NCBI RefSeq assembly: GCF_013315695.1 | Contig: NZ_CP054353.1 | Source: Escherichia coli | GTDB lineage: Bacteria > Pseudomonadota > Gammaproteobacteria > Enterobacterales > Enterobacteriaceae | Reading direction: 5' to 3' (one strand) | DNA: 64,000 nucleotides | Shown: piece after piece, positions 10,924 to 23,709 of the stretch | Position numbering within the stretch: position 1 is the first letter of the stretch | Layout of the letters: each line of letters starts with the position of its first letter | Made by a program: the position numbers and the translations under genes | Notes under the pieces: generated by a model | Database searches by the model: none | Seen by the model: the letters and a program-made list of their open reading frames with translations, nothing else | What the model was told of the DNA's origin: nothing

Positions 10924-12902
10924 GTAAACGAATTGCGCTTTTTCCGGTGCTATTGCTGGTGCTGCTGGTGGTTGCTGCTGCGGCGTTGACCTGGATGAAC
11001 TTCTCGCAGGCGCTGCCGCGCAGCCAGTGGGCGCAGGCCGCCTGGTCGCCGGATATTGACGTCATCGAGCAGATGATTTTTCACTACAGCTTGTTGCCGC
11101 GTCTGGCGATTTCGCTGCTGGTGGGCGCGGGCCTGGGGCTGGTGGGCGTGCTGTTTCAGCAAGTGCTGCGTAACCCGCTGGCGGAACCGACGACGTTGGG
11201 CGTTGCAACAGGCGCGCAACTGGGGATTACCGTCACCACGCTCTGGGCGATCCCAGGTGCTATGGCGAGCCAGTTTGCTGCGCTGGCAGGGGCTTGTGTT
11301 GTTGGCTTAATCGTCTTTGGCGTCGCGTGGGGGAAACGGCTTTCGCCGGTAACGCTGATCCTCGCGGGGCTGGTAGTGAGCCTTTATTGCGGCGCAATCA
11401 ATCAGTTACTGGTTATCTTCCATCATGACCAACTGCAAAGCATGTTCCTGTGGAGCACCGGAACGCTGACGCAAACCGACTGGGGCGGCGTTGAGCGTTT
11501 ATGGCCGCAGCTGCTGGGCGGCGTGATGCTGACGTTATTGCTACTTCGCCCGTTAACTCTGATGGGGCTTGATGATGGCGTGGCGCGCAATCTCGGGCTG
11601 GCCTTGTCGCTCGCGCGTCTGGCGGCGTTGTCGCTGGCGATTGTCATCAGTGCGCTGCTGGTGAACGCGGTGGGGATTATCGGCTTTATCGGGTTGTTCG
11701 CGCCACTGCTGGCGAAAATGCTGGGGGCGCGGCGTTTGTTGCCACGGTTGATGCTGGCATCGCTGATTGGTGCGTTAATTCTGTGGCTTTCTGATCAAAT
11801 CATCCTCTGGCTGACTCGCGTGTGGATGGAAGTTTCCACCGGTTCGGTGACGGCGTTGATCGGTGCGCCGCTGTTACTGTGGCTGCTGCCGCGTTTACGT
11901 AGCATTAGCGCGCCGGATATGAAGGTCAACGATCGTGTCGCGGCTGAACGCCAACACGTGCTGGCGTTTGCCCTCGCGGGCGGCGTGCTGCTGTTGATGG
12001 CTGTGGTGGTGGCGCTGTCGTTTGGTCGTGATGCGCACGGCTGGACGTGGGCGAGCGGGGCGTTGCTCGAGGATTTGATGCCCTGGCGCTGGCCGCGAAT
12101 TATGGCGGCGCTGTTTGCGGGCGTCATGCTGGCGGTGGCGGGCTGTATTATTCAGCAGCTGACCGGAAACCCGATGGCAAGCCCGGAAGTGCTGGGGATT
12201 AGCTCCGGCGCGGCGTTTGGCGTGGTGTTAATGCTGTTTCTGGTGCCGGGTAATGCCTTTGGCTGGCTGTTACCCGCAGGCAGTCTCGGGGCGGCGGTGA
12301 CGCTGTTGATCATTATGATCGCCGCCGGACGCGGTGGATTTTCCCCACACCGCATGTTACTGGCGGGGATGGCGTTAAGTACCGCGTTCACCATGCTTTT
12401 GATGATGTTGCAGGCAAGTGGTGACCCGCGAATGGCGCAAGTTCTGACCTGGATTTCCGGTTCGACCTACAACGCGACCGAGGCGCAGGTCTGGCGTACT
12501 GGAATTGTGATGGTGATTTTGCTGGCGATTACCCCGCTGTGCCGCCGCTGGCTGACCATTTTACCGCTGGGAGGTGATACCGCACGAGCCGTGGGGATGG
12601 CGCTGACGCCGACGCGAATTGCGCTGCTGCTGTTAGCGGCTTGCCTGACAGCGACTGCGACAATGACCATTGGACCGTTGAGTTTTGTTGGTTTAATGGC
12701 ACCGCATATTGCGCGGATGATGGGCTTTCGACGGACGATGCCACACATCGTAATTTCGGCGCTGGTGGGTGGTTTACTGTTGGTGTTCGCTGACTGGTGT
12801 GGGCGGATGGTGCTGTTTCCATTCCAGATCCCGGCGGGGCTGCTGTCGACCTTTATCGGCGCGCCATATTTTATCTATTTGTTGAGAAAGCAGAGCCGTT
12901 AA
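10920..12902 (+). CDS. fhuB: Ferric hydroxamate ABC transporter permease FhuB (duplicated permease domain)
   Basis: 660-aa polytopic membrane ORF MSKRIALFPVLLLVLL...; overlaps fhuD stop. Confidence 0.94.
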   Translation: MSKRIALFPVLLLVLLVVAAAALTWMNFSQALPRSQWAQAAWSPDIDVIEQMIFHYSLLPRLAISLLVGAGLGLVGVLFQQVLRNPLAEPTTLGVATGAQLGITVTTLWAIPGAMASQFAALAGACVVGLIVFGVAWGKRLSPVTLILAGLVVSLYCGAINQLLVIFHHDQLQSMFLWSTGTLTQTDWGGVERLWPQLLGGVMLTLLLLRPLTLMGLDDGVARNLGLALSLARLAALSLAIVISALLVNAVGIIGFIGLFAPLLAKMLGARRLLPRLMLASLIGALILWLSDQIILWLTRVWMEVSTGSVTALIGAPLLLWLLPRLRSISAPDMKVNDRVAAERQHVLAFALAGGVLLLMAVVVALSFGRDAHGWTWASGALLEDLMPWRWPRIMAALFAGVMLAVAGCIIQQLTGNPMASPEVLGISSGAAFGVVLMLFLVPGNAFGWLLPAGSLGAAVTLLIIMIAAGRGGFSPHRMLLAGMALSTAFTMLLMMLQASGDPRMAQVLTWISGSTYNATEAQVWRTGIVMVILLAITPLCRRWLTILPLGGDTARAVGMALTPTRIALLLLAACLTATATMTIGPLSFVGLMAPHIARMMGFRRTMPHIVISALVGGLLLVFADWCGRMVLFPFQIPAGLLSTFIGAPYFIYLLRKQSR

Positions 12903-12908
12903 TAGGAT

Positions 12909-12929
12909 GCCTCGCCCGGTGGGCGAGGC
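12909..12929. terminator. Hairpin between convergent fhuB and hemL (GCCTCGCCC-ggt-GGGCGAGGC)
   Basis: 9-bp perfect inverted repeat in the 34-bp convergent spacer; no clean U-tract. Confidence 0.45.
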
Positions 12930-12936
12930 AAAATCA

Positions 12937-14217
12937 TCACAACTTCGCAAACACCCGACGTGCAGCATCGATGGTGTTATTGATATCTTCCATGCTGTGC
13001 GCCACGGACATAAAGCCCGCTTCAAACGCTGACGGTGCCAGATAAACACCTTCATCCAGCATCATATGGAAGAAACGCTTAAAGCGTTCCACGTCACAGG
13101 CCATTACATCCTGATAGCACGTCACGGACTCGGCGTCGGTAAAGAAAATACCGAACATGCCGCCAACGTGGTTAACGACCAGCGGAATTCCGGCTTCTTC
13201 TGCCGCTTCCAGCAGACCTTCTGCCAGACGTGTTGTCAGCTCATCCAGCGTTTCGTGAACGCCCGGCTGTGCGACTTCATTCAGACAGGCGAAACCGGCC
13301 GCCATCGCAATCGGGTTACCGGAAAGCGTACCCGCCTGATAGACCGGACCAGTCGGGGCCAGCGCATCCATTACATCACGACGACCACCGAATGCGCCTA
13401 CCGGCATTCCACCGCCGATGATTTTGCCGAGGCAGGTTAAATCTGGCACTACGCCGTAATAATCCTGTGCGCCAGCTAGCGCTACGCGGAAACCGGTCAT
13501 CACTTCATCGATGATCAGCAACGCGCCAAATTCGTCACACAGCGCACGCAGACCTGGCAGGAACTCTGGCAGCGGCGGAACACAGTTCATATTGCCTGCC
13601 ACCGGCTCGACGATAATACAGGCAATCTCTTGCGGGTATTGCTCAAACGCGGCGCGTACAGAAGCCAGATCGTTATAAGTACAGGTTAAGGTATGTTTGG
13701 CGAAATCTGCCGGAACGCCCGGCGAATTTGGCTGGCCTAACGTGAGTGCGCCAGAACCGGCTTTCACCAGCAGGCAGTCAGCGTGACCGTGGTAACAACC
13801 TTCAAATTTAATGATTTTGTCGCGACCGGTAAAACCACGGGCCAGGCGGATGGCGCTCATCGTCGCTTCAGTGCCGGAGTTCACCATGCGCACCATATCC
13901 ATGGTCGGGACCAGTTCGGTCACCAGTTGCGCCATTTTCACTTCCATTTCGGTTGGTGCACCAAAGCTTAAACCACGCTCGGCGGCTTCAATCACGGCAT
14001 TGCGGATCGCCGGATGGTTATGGCCCAGCACCATCGGCCCCCAGGAACCGACATAATCGATATAGGCTTTGCCATCAACATCGTACAGATAAGCGCCGTC
14101 CGCTTTTTCGATAAACAGTGGAGTGCCGCCCACGCCAGTAAAGGCGCGAACAGGGGAGTTCACACCGCCAGGGATCAGCTCGCGCGCTGCGCTGTAAAGA
14201 TTTTCAGACTTACTCAT
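12937..14217 (-). CDS. hemL: Glutamate-1-semialdehyde 2,1-aminomutase
   Basis: 426-aa [29 protein letters not shown]...; PLP aminotransferase class III. Confidence 0.96.
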   Translation of the reverse strand: MSKSENLYSAARELIPGGVNSPVRAFTGVGGTPLFIEKADGAYLYDVDGKAYIDYVGSWGPMVLGHNHPAIRNAVIEAAERGLSFGAPTEMEVKMAQLVTELVPTMDMVRMVNSGTEATMSAIRLARGFTGRDKIIKFEGCYHGHADCLLVKAGSGALTLGQPNSPGVPADFAKHTLTCTYNDLASVRAAFEQYPQEIACIIVEPVAGNMNCVPPLPEFLPGLRALCDEFGALLIIDEVMTGFRVALAGAQDYYGVVPDLTCLGKIIGGGMPVGAFGGRRDVMDALAPTGPVYQAGTLSGNPIAMAAGFACLNEVAQPGVHETLDELTTRLAEGLLEAAEEAGIPLVVNHVGGMFGIFFTDAESVTCYQDVMACDVERFKRFFHMMLDEGVYLAPSAFEAGFMSVAHSMEDINNTIDAARRVFAKL

Positions 14218-14423
14218 GGAGGGTTCCTGATTCGTAGAAAAAGTGAATGGCTGCTATTCTATGTTATTCATAACAAGTTAAATACTCGTCAAACATCAGG
14301 CTGCTTGTACTGGTGCAATCCTGATTTCTTAGAGTATAAAAGTTTTGTGCATTTGAAACATTACGCTTTGCAAAGGATTTTCATGGAACGTGCGAGTAAA
14401 ATGCCGTCATCTTATTTGTATGA

Positions 14424-15863
<1,440 letters not shown>

Positions 15864-15944
15864 ACGAAATACCAGGGTATTAGATAATGGCGATTATTAT
15901 TGGGTTAGAATTTGCCCAATTGCCGATGTCGTTTGGAGCAAAAT

Positions 15945-16289
15945 ATGAGTGATGACGTAGCACTGCCGCTGGAGTTTACCGACGCAGCAGCCAACAAAGT
16001 TAAAAGCCTGATCGCTGACGAAGATAACCCGAATCTGAAATTACGCGTGTATATCACCGGTGGCGGTTGCAGCGGCTTCCAGTATGGTTTCACCTTTGAT
16101 GATCAGGTGAACGAAGGCGATATGACCATCGAAAAACAGGGCGTTGGCCTGGTGGTTGATCCGATGAGCCTGCAATATCTGGTCGGCGGTTCCGTTGACT
16201 ATACCGAAGGTTTGGAAGGTTCTCGTTTCATCGTGACCAACCCGAACGCGAAAAGTACCTGCGGTTGCGGTTCTTCCTTTAGTATCTAA
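15945..16289 (+). CDS. erpA: Iron-sulfur cluster insertion protein ErpA (A-type carrier)
   Basis: Track ORF 15912-16289; start trimmed to [13 protein letters not shown]; C-terminal CGCGSSF motif. Confidence 0.93.
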
Positions 16290-16300
16290 TCTGCTGTTCA

Positions 16301-16325
16301 TGTGCCGGATAAACTATCCGGCACA
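16301..16325. terminator. Hairpin between convergent erpA and yadS (TGTGCCGGATA-aac-TATCCGGCACA)
   Basis: 11-bp perfect inverted repeat followed by a T/C-rich tract. Confidence 0.55.
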
Positions 16326-16335
16326 TCTTCTCTCT

Positions 16336-16959
16336 TCAACGACCATTCTCATCCAGCGCAAACGTCGGTAGCTTAAGATGCCAACGAATAGCCGCCAGCC
16401 GAATCAATAGCGTCACGACCATGCCCATCATACTGGCTGTTTCCAGTGGTACGGAAAATGTGTAATAAGCCGTAGCGTGGACAATACCGCCGATAATACA
16501 GGCAGTTGCGTAGATTTCTGTACGTAAAATCATGGGGATTTCGCGGGCCAGTACATCACGAATGATCCCGCCGCCAACGCCAGTAATGACGCCCATACAA
16601 ACCGCGATTAACGGACCGGCTTCCGCATTAAAGGCTTTATTCACGCCAATGCCGACAAACACCGCCAGACCAACGGCGTCCAGCACCGGCAACATCCATT
16701 TTGGTAAGCGTCTTGGCTGGCGCACCAGCACGATGGTCAGCATGCTGGTGACCATTGCAACGACCAGATCGGTGGGATCTTTCACCCAAAATACCGGGCC
16801 GTGATCCAGCGCCATGTCGCGAATTGTTCCGCCGCCTACTGCGGTAACCACGCCCAGTACCAGAACACCAAAAGGGTCCATACGCAATTTTCCGGCTAAC
16901 AAAACGCCAGAGATAGCAAATACCGCTGTGCCGACTATATCCAGCCAATAGACGAGCAT
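16336..16959 (-). CDS. yadS: UPF0126 family inner-membrane protein YadS
   Basis: 207-aa hydrophobic ORF with duplicated GGGxIRD motifs. Confidence 0.9.
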   Translation of the reverse strand: MLVYWLDIVGTAVFAISGVLLAGKLRMDPFGVLVLGVVTAVGGGTIRDMALDHGPVFWVKDPTDLVVAMVTSMLTIVLVRQPRRLPKWMLPVLDAVGLAVFVGIGVNKAFNAEAGPLIAVCMGVITGVGGGIIRDVLAREIPMILRTEIYATACIIGGIVHATAYYTFSVPLETASMMGMVVTLLIRLAAIRWHLKLPTFALDENGR

Positions 16960-16996
16960 TGTTCAATCCCCACTGAGCACCTGAAAAGGTCAGGCA

Positions 16997-17797
16997 CTAA
17001 TCTACCTGTGAAAGCGCATTACAGAGCTGTTGTGCAGCGAGGATAATACGTGGGCTTGCACGTTCAAACCAGTCACTCGTGAGAGGAATAACGGGAATTT
17101 TGAGCTGTTCACCCCAGTATTGTTTGATTTTAGGAATTTGGTCCGGTCCGCCTGTAATGACAATCGCCTGTGGCGAGCGTGCTAACACCTGTTCGCGGCT
17201 AACTTGCGGCCAGGGAACCCGGCTATCTTTAAAGATGTTTTCTCCGCCACAAACTTCGAGTACCTGGTTTTGAATCGACTCTTTTCCACTGGTAAATGGC
17301 GGATTAATGCCGAATTGCAGAAAAACACGTTTTTTAGGTTTATCAGCATATTGCGCTTTCAATTGCGCGTACTGATCCAGCAGGGATTGCGCGGCTTGTT
17401 CGGCCTTATCCGGTTGCGGACTCCAGGGGGCCAGTTGACGTAACGCATTGGCAATTTGTTCAATGCTTGTCGCATCGACCCACATCACTTTTATTCCCAG
17501 CGAAGCCAGCTGGTCAACCTGCCGCTCGGCATTACCTCCACGCCAGGCAATCACCAGATCGGGTTTCAGCGCGACAATGCGTTCCAGATTCATCCCCTGC
17601 CAGGTGGAAACCTGCTCAATCTTTTGCGCTTGTGGAGGATAGTCGGAATAGCTGCTGACCCCAACCGGCGTGATCCCGGCGGCAAAGGCAAGTTCAGTGT
17701 TGGCGGGAGAAAGCGTGATGACGCGCGGCGCGGCATTGAGCCACAGCGGCGCGAGAAAAGACAGGGCGACCAGCGCCCTGAACAGTGACTTAGCCAT
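16997..17797 (-). CDS. btuF: Vitamin B12 periplasmic binding protein BtuF
   Basis: Track ORF 16997-17824; start trimmed to [22 protein letters not shown] signal peptide; start overlaps mtn 3' end by 8 nt. Confidence 0.93.
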   Translation of the reverse strand: MAKSLFRALVALSFLAPLWLNAAPRVITLSPANTELAFAAGITPVGVSSYSDYPPQAQKIEQVSTWQGMNLERIVALKPDLVIAWRGGNAERQVDQLASLGIKVMWVDATSIEQIANALRQLAPWSPQPDKAEQAAQSLLDQYAQLKAQYADKPKKRVFLQFGINPPFTSGKESIQNQVLEVCGGENIFKDSRVPWPQVSREQVLARSPQAIVITGGPDQIPKIKQYWGEQLKIPVIPLTSDWFERASPRIILAAQQLCNALSQVD

Positions 17798-18488
17798 GTG
17801 CCAGTTTCTGCACCAGTGACTCAACCATCAGGCTGGACTGTTTAGCGGCAACAGCCAGGAACTCATCGAAGCTAAGATGAGACTGTTGATCGGCCACGTC
17901 GGAGATGGCGCGTACTACGACAAACGGGACGTTGAAATTGTGGCAGACATGGGCGATTGCCGTCGCTTCCATCTCTACAGCAATGGCCTGTGGGAAGTTG
18001 TGGCGGATTTTCGCCAGACCAACAGAACCGTTGATGAATGCGTCGCCGCTAACAATCAGGCCACGTACAGCGTTAAGATTCAGTTCGGCAATGCAGGCCT
18101 CAGCGGCAGCGATCAGTTTATCGTCAGCTTTAAAGCCTGCCGGGCAGCCTGGTAACTGGCCGTATTCATAACCAAATGCCGTGACATCCGCGTCGTGATA
18201 ACGCGCTTCGTCCGAGACAACGATATCGCCCACTTTCAGCGTTGGTGCCAGGCCACCGGCAGAACCGGTGTTAATAATCACATCTGGCTTGCAGTGTTCC
18301 AACAGCAGAGTGGCACCCAGCGCCGCAGCGACTTTACCGATGCCCGATTTCAGAAGCGCAACCTCGGTTCCATTCAGTTGGCCGGTATAGATTTCGCAAC
18401 CGCCCAGACTGATAGTTTGACGGTTTTCGATTTTGTCACGCAGCAGCGTAACTTCTTCTTCCATTGCACCAATGATGCCGATTTTCAT
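17790..18488 (-). CDS. mtn: 5'-methylthioadenosine/S-adenosylhomocysteine nucleosidase
   Basis: 232-aa [23 protein letters not shown]... Confidence 0.96.
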   Translation of the reverse strand: MKIGIIGAMEEEVTLLRDKIENRQTISLGGCEIYTGQLNGTEVALLKSGIGKVAAALGATLLLEHCKPDVIINTGSAGGLAPTLKVGDIVVSDEARYHDADVTAFGYEYGQLPGCPAGFKADDKLIAAAEACIAELNLNAVRGLIVSGDAFINGSVGLAKIRHNFPQAIAVEMEATAIAHVCHNFNVPFVVVRAISDVADQQSHLSFDEFLAVAAKQSSLMVESLVQKLAHG

Positions 18489-18571
18489 AGATTTACTCGC
18501 GATAAGCCCGATTTGAAGGCATAGTTTACCATGCGCTTACGGGGAAGCGTATTTCTCACGCGGGAGAGGAC

Positions 18572-20089
18572 ATGGCACAGATTGATTTCCGAAAAAAAAT
18601 AAACTGGCATCGTCGTTACCGTTCACCACAGGGCGTTAAAACCGAACATGAGATCCTGCGGATCTTCGAGAGCGATCGCGGGCGTATCATCAACTCTCCG
18701 GCAATTCGTCGTCTGCAACAAAAGACCCAGGTTTTTCCACTGGAGCGCAATGCCGCCGTGCGCACGCGTCTTACCCACTCGATGGAAGTCCAGCAGGTGG
18801 GGCGTTATATCGCTAAAGAGATTTTAAGCCGCCTGAAAGAGCTTAAATTACTGGAGGCGTATGGTCTCGATGAACTGACCGGGCCCTTTGAAAGCATTGT
18901 TGAGATGTCATGCCTGATGCACGATATCGGCAATCCGCCGTTTGGTCATTTTGGCGAAGCGGCGATAAATGACTGGTTTCGCCAGCGTTTGCACCCGGAA
19001 GATGCCGAAAGCCAGCCTCTGACTGACGATCGCTGCAGCGTGGCAGCACTACGTTTACGGGACGGGGAAGAACCGCTTAACGAGCTGCGGCGCAAAATAC
19101 GTCAGGACTTATGTCATTTTGAGGGGAATGCACAAGGCATTCGTCTGGTGCATACATTGATGCGGATGAATCTCACCTGGGCACAGGTTGGCGGTATTTT
19201 AAAATATACTCGTCCGGCGTGGTGGCGTGGTGAAACGCCTGAGACACATCACTATTTAATGAAAAAGCCGGGTTATTATCTTTCTGAGGAAGCCTATATT
19301 GCCCGGTTGCGTAAAGAACTTAATTTGGCGCTTTACAGTCGTTTTCCATTAACGTGGATTATGGAAGCTGCCGACGACATCTCCTATTGTGTGGCAGATC
19401 TTGAAGATGCGGTAGAGAAAAGAATATTTACCGTTGAGCAGCTTTATCATCATTTGCACGAAGCGTGGGGCCAGCATGAGAAAGGTTCGCTCTTTTCGCT
19501 GGTGGTTGAAAATGCCTGGGAAAAATCACGCTCAAATAGTTTAAGCCGCAGTACGGAAGATCAGTTTTTTATGTATTTAAGGGTAAACACTCTAAATAAA
19601 CTGGTACCCTACGCGGCACAACGATTTATTGATAATCTGCCTGCGATTTTCGCCGGAACGTTTAATCATGCATTATTGGAAGATGCCAGCGAATGCAGCG
19701 ATCTTCTTAAGCTTTATAAAAATGTCGCTGTAAAACATGTGTTTAGCCATCCAGATGTCGAGCAGCTTGAATTGCAGGGCTATCGGGTCATTAGCGGATT
19801 ATTAGAGATTTATCGCCCTTTATTAAGCCTGTCGTTATCAGACTTTACTGAACTGGTAGAAAAAGAACGGGTGAGACGTTTCCCTATTGAATCGCGCTTA
19901 TTCCACAAACTCTCGACGCGCCATCGACTGGCCTATGTCGAGGCTGTCAGTAAATTACCGTCAGATTCTCCTGAGTTTCCGCTATGGGAATATTATTACC
20001 GTTGCCGCCTGCTGCAGGATTATATCAGCGGTATGACCGACCTCTATGCGTGGGATGAATACCGACGTCTGATGGCCGTAGAACAATAA
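18572..20089 (+). CDS. dgt: dGTP triphosphohydrolase (HD domain)
   Basis: 505-aa [23 protein letters not shown]...; HD motif [12 protein letters not shown]. Confidence 0.96.
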   Translation: MAQIDFRKKINWHRRYRSPQGVKTEHEILRIFESDRGRIINSPAIRRLQQKTQVFPLERNAAVRTRLTHSMEVQQVGRYIAKEILSRLKELKLLEAYGLDELTGPFESIVEMSCLMHDIGNPPFGHFGEAAINDWFRQRLHPEDAESQPLTDDRCSVAALRLRDGEEPLNELRRKIRQDLCHFEGNAQGIRLVHTLMRMNLTWAQVGGILKYTRPAWWRGETPETHHYLMKKPGYYLSEEAYIARLRKELNLALYSRFPLTWIMEAADDISYCVADLEDAVEKRIFTVEQLYHHLHEAWGQHEKGSLFSLVVENAWEKSRSNSLSRSTEDQFFMYLRVNTLNKLVPYAAQRFIDNLPAIFAGTFNHALLEDASECSDLLKLYKNVAVKHVFSHPDVEQLELQGYRVISGLLEIYRPLLSLSLSDFTELVEKERVRRFPIESRLFHKLSTRHRLAYVEAVSKLPSDSPEFPLWEYYYRCRLLQDYISGMTDLYAWDEYRRLMAVEQ

Positions 20090-20145
20090 CCAGGCTTTTG
20101 TAAAGACGAACAATAAATTTTTACCTTTTGCAGAAACTTTAGTTC

Positions 20146-20173
20146 GGAACTTCGCGCTATAAAACGAATCTGA
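20146..20173 (+). promoter_or_regulatory. Sigma-E (RpoE) promoter of degP
   Basis: GGAACTT at 20146-20152 and TCTGA at 20169-20173 with a 16-nt spacer, ~45 nt upstream of degP ATG; matches sigma-E consensus and the known envelope-stress regulation of degP. Confidence 0.8.
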
Positions 20174-20218
20174 AGAACACAGCAATTTTGCGTTATCTGT
20201 TAATCGAGACTGAAATAC

Positions 20219-21643
20219 ATGAAAAAAACCACATTAGCACTGAGTGCACTGGCTCTGAGTTTAGGTTTGGCGTTATCTCCGCTCTCTGCAACGGCGGCTG
20301 AGACTTCTTCAGCAACGACAGCCCAGCAGATGCCAAGCCTTGCACCGATGCTCGAAAAGGTGATGCCTTCAGTGGTCAGCATTAACGTAGAAGGTAGCAC
20401 AACCGTTAATACGCCGCGTATGCCGCGTAATTTCCAGCAGTTCTTCGGTGATGATTCTCCGTTCTGCCAGGAAGGTTCTCCGTTCCAGAGTTCTCCGTTC
20501 TGCCAGGGTGGCCAGGGCGGTAATGGTGGCGGCCAGCAACAGAAATTCATGGCGCTGGGTTCCGGCGTCATCATTGATGCCGATAAAGGCTATGTCGTCA
20601 CCAACAACCACGTTGTTGATAACGCGACGGTGATTAAAGTCCAACTGAGCGATGGTCGTAAGTTCGACGCGAAGATGGTTGGCAAAGATCCGCGCTCTGA
20701 TATCGCGCTGATCCAGATCCAGAACCCGAAAAACCTGACCGCAATTAAGATGGCGGATTCTGATGCGCTGCGCGTGGGTGATTACACCGTAGCAATTGGT
20801 AACCCGTTCGGCCTGGGCGAGACAGTAACTTCCGGGATTGTCTCTGCGCTGGGACGTAGCGGCCTGAACGCTGAAAACTACGAAAACTTCATCCAGACCG
20901 ATGCAGCGATCAACCGGGGTAACTCAGGTGGTGCGTTGGTTAACCTGAACGGCGAACTGATTGGTATCAACACCGCGATTCTCGCACCGGACGGCGGAAA
21001 CATCGGTATCGGTTTTGCTATCCCGAGCAACATGGTGAAAAACCTGACCTCGCAGATGGTGGAATACGGCCAGGTGAAACGTGGTGAGTTGGGTATTATG
21101 GGCACTGAGCTGAACTCCGATCTGGCGAAAGCGATGAAAGTTGACGCCCAGCGCGGTGCTTTCGTAAGCCAGGTTCTGCCGAATTCTTCCGCCGCGAAAG
21201 CGGGTATTAAAGCGGGTGATGTGATCACCTCACTGAACGGTAAGCCAATCAGCAGCTTTGCCGCACTGCGTGCTCAGGTGGGCACTATGCCGGTAGGTAG
21301 CAAACTGACCCTGGGCTTACTGCGCGACGGGAAGCAGGTTAACGTGAACCTGGAACTTCAGCAGAGCAGCCAGAATCAGGTTGATTCCAGCACCATCTTC
21401 AACGGCATTGAAGGCGCTGAGATGAGCAACAAAGGCAAAGATCAGGGCGTGGTGGTGAACAACGTGAAAACGGGCACTCCGGCTGCGCAGATCGGCCTGA
21501 AGAAAGGTGATGTGATTATTGGCGCGAACCAGCAGGCAGTGAAAAACATCGCTGAACTGCGTAAAGTTCTCGACAGCAAACCGTCTGTGCTGGCACTGAA
21601 CATTCAGCGCGGCGACAGCACCATCTACCTGTTAATGCAGTAA
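20219..21643 (+). CDS. degP: Periplasmic serine endoprotease/chaperone DegP (HtrA), two PDZ domains
   Basis: 474-aa ORF with signal peptide, catalytic GNSGGAL, Q-rich LA loop. Confidence 0.96.
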   Translation: MKKTTLALSALALSLGLALSPLSATAAETSSATTAQQMPSLAPMLEKVMPSVVSINVEGSTTVNTPRMPRNFQQFFGDDSPFCQEGSPFQSSPFCQGGQGGNGGGQQQKFMALGSGVIIDADKGYVVTNNHVVDNATVIKVQLSDGRKFDAKMVGKDPRSDIALIQIQNPKNLTAIKMADSDALRVGDYTVAIGNPFGLGETVTSGIVSALGRSGLNAENYENFIQTDAAINRGNSGGALVNLNGELIGINTAILAPDGGNIGIGFAIPSNMVKNLTSQMVEYGQVKRGELGIMGTELNSDLAKAMKVDAQRGAFVSQVLPNSSAAKAGIKAGDVITSLNGKPISSFAALRAQVGTMPVGSKLTLGLLRDGKQVNVNLELQQSSQNQVDSSTIFNGIEGAEMSNKGKDQGVVVNNVKTGTPAAQIGLKKGDVIIGANQQAVKNIAELRKVLDSKPSVLALNIQRGDSTIYLLMQ

Positions 21644-21651
21644 TCTCCCTC

Positions 21652-21679
21652 AACCCCTTCCTGAAAACGGGAAGGGGTT
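21652..21679 (+). terminator. degP terminator hairpin (AACCCCTTCC-loop-GGAAGGGGTT)
   Basis: 10-bp perfect inverted repeat 9 nt after degP stop, followed by CTCCTT. Confidence 0.6.
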
Positions 21680-21797
21680 CTCCTTACAATCTGTGAACTT
21701 CACCACAACTCCATACATCTTCATCATCCTTTGGGCATTTGCACAATGCCGTACGTTACGTACTTCCTTATGCTAAGCCGTGCATAATGGAGGACTT

Positions 21798-22955
21798 ATG
21801 GCTGGCTGGCATCTTGATACCAAAATGGCGCAGGATATCGTGGCACGTACCATGCGCATCATCGATACCAATATCAACGTAATGGATGCCCGCGGGCGAA
21901 TTATCGGCAGCGGCGATCGTGAGCGTATTGGTGAATTGCACGAAGGAGCATTGCTGGTACTTTCACAAGGACGAGTCGTCGATATCGATGACGCGGTGGC
22001 ACGTCATCTGCACGGTGTGCGGCAGGGGATTAATCTACCGTTACGGCTGGAAGGTGAAATTGTCGGCGTAATTGGCCTGACAGGTGAACCAGAGAATCTG
22101 CGTAAATATGGCGAACTGGTCTGCATGACGGCTGAAATGATGCTGGAACAGTCGCGGTTGATGCACCTGTTGGCGCAGGATAGCCGTTTGCGGGAAGAAC
22201 TGGTGATGAACCTGATTCAGGCTGAGGAGAATACTCCCGCACTTACTGAATGGGCGCAACGGCTGGGGATCGATCTCAATCAACCGCGAGTGGTGGCTAT
22301 TGTTGAGGTCGACAGCGGTCAGCTTGGCGTGGACAGCGCAATGGCGGAGTTACAGCAACTGCAAAACGCGCTGACTACGCCCGAGCGTAATAATCTGGTG
22401 GCGATTGTCTCGCTAACCGAAATGGTGGTGTTGAAACCGGCGTTGAACTCTTTTGGGCGCTGGGATGCAGAAGATCATCGTAAGCGAGTTGAACAACTGA
22501 TTACCCGCATGAAAGAGTACGGCCAGCTGCGTTTTCGCGTTTCGCTGGGCAACTATTTTACCGGTCCTGGCAGTATTGCCCGATCCTATCGTACGGCGAA
22601 AACGACGATGGTGGTGGGTAAACAGCGGATGCCAGAAAGTCGCTGCTATTTTTATCAGGATCTGATGTTGCCTGTGTTACTCGACAGTTTGCGTGGCGAC
22701 TGGCAGGCCAACGAACTGGCGCGACCGCTGGCGCGGCTGAAAGCGATGGACAATAATGGTTTACTGCGGCGAACGTTGGCGGCGTGGTTTCGTCACAATG
22801 TGCAACCGCTGGCAACGTCAAAGGCGCTGTTTATTCATCGTAATACTCTGGAGTATCGGCTTAATCGTATATCGGAACTGACCGGGCTTGATTTGGGCAA
22901 TTTTGATGACAGGTTGCTGCTGTATGTGGCGTTACAACTGGATGAAGAGCGGTAG
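21798..22955 (+). CDS. cdaR: Carbohydrate diacid regulator CdaR (SdaR)
   Basis: Track ORF 21780-22955; start trimmed to MAGWHLDTKMAQDIVART; C-terminal HTH. Confidence 0.92.
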   Translation: MAGWHLDTKMAQDIVARTMRIIDTNINVMDARGRIIGSGDRERIGELHEGALLVLSQGRVVDIDDAVARHLHGVRQGINLPLRLEGEIVGVIGLTGEPENLRKYGELVCMTAEMMLEQSRLMHLLAQDSRLREELVMNLIQAEENTPALTEWAQRLGIDLNQPRVVAIVEVDSGQLGVDSAMAELQQLQNALTTPERNNLVAIVSLTEMVVLKPALNSFGRWDAEDHRKRVEQLITRMKEYGQLRFRVSLGNYFTGPGSIARSYRTAKTTMVVGKQRMPESRCYFYQDLMLPVLLDSLRGDWQANELARPLARLKAMDNNGLLRRTLAAWFRHNVQPLATSKALFIHRNTLEYRLNRISELTGLDLGNFDDRLLLYVALQLDEER

Positions 22956-22973
22956 GTCGATGACAAAATTACA

Positions 22974-22995
22974 GCCGGGTGAGACTTTACCCGGC
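22974..22995. terminator. Hairpin between convergent cdaR and yaeH (GCCGGGT-gagacttt-ACCCGGC)
   Basis: 7-bp inverted repeat in the 53-bp convergent spacer. Confidence 0.45.
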
Positions 22996-23008
22996 CCACA
23001 GAATGACA

Positions 23009-23395
23009 TTATTTACGCGTCAGTTTTTCCAGATCGGCTTCAATCTCGCTGATCTTATTGGTTACTACTGACTCCAGGTGACGTAAGTCGTCGAGGATCT
23101 TACGCTTAAGATCAACTTCGCTGCGGTCACGCTGGCAGATTTGATCAAGCTCATCAATGATATACCGTAGATTCGGGCTGATTTCCTGGACTTCTTTATA
23201 ACCCTGACCCACACCATCAGCGACGACCGTTTTACGCTGACGCGGATATTTAAACTTCACGCTCTTGGCGAAAAACTCGCCTTTGTCTTTCTGGAAATAG
23301 ATTTTCAGAATATCGTTGTTGGCTTCCTGCCGGAGGCTGTAACGATCAATTTCTTCAGGATTGGTAATACCCAGACTTTTCAGATTGTCGTACAT
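23009..23395 (-). CDS. yaeH: UPF0325 protein YaeH
   Basis: 128-aa [30 protein letters not shown]... Confidence 0.92.
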   Translation of the reverse strand: MYDNLKSLGITNPEEIDRYSLRQEANNDILKIYFQKDKGEFFAKSVKFKYPRQRKTVVADGVGQGYKEVQEISPNLRYIIDELDQICQRDRSEVDLKRKILDDLRHLESVVTNKISEIEADLEKLTRK

Positions 23396-23709
23396 AGCGT
23401 TACCTCAAAATGAGTCAGTAAATTGTGCTTATTTTAGCATTTGGCCTGGCCCGCCCGGCTCGACTGTGATCGCAGAAAGCCTTTTTCTTCCAGACTTCTA
23501 TCATGGCGTAAAAATCAAAAAATTACCTGCTTTATTGTGGCGATATTCCATGGGATGGATTAGCACATTTATCTTCGTTTTGCGAATTACATGACAGTCC
23601 GAAACAAGATGAAAAAGTATTTAAAAAAGGGGGGAGGAAGAATGAGCAGGACGAATTATTCTGAACCAGAAAGCAATCGGGCAGCGTCGTGCTGCCCGTG
23701 TACATACTT

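Noticed and set aside
20440-20540. Tandem SPFCQ/SPFQ-like repeats and GGNGGGQQQ in degP
   Set aside because: This is the known Q-rich LA loop of DegP/HtrA, a coding-sequence repeat rather than a CRISPR or satellite array.
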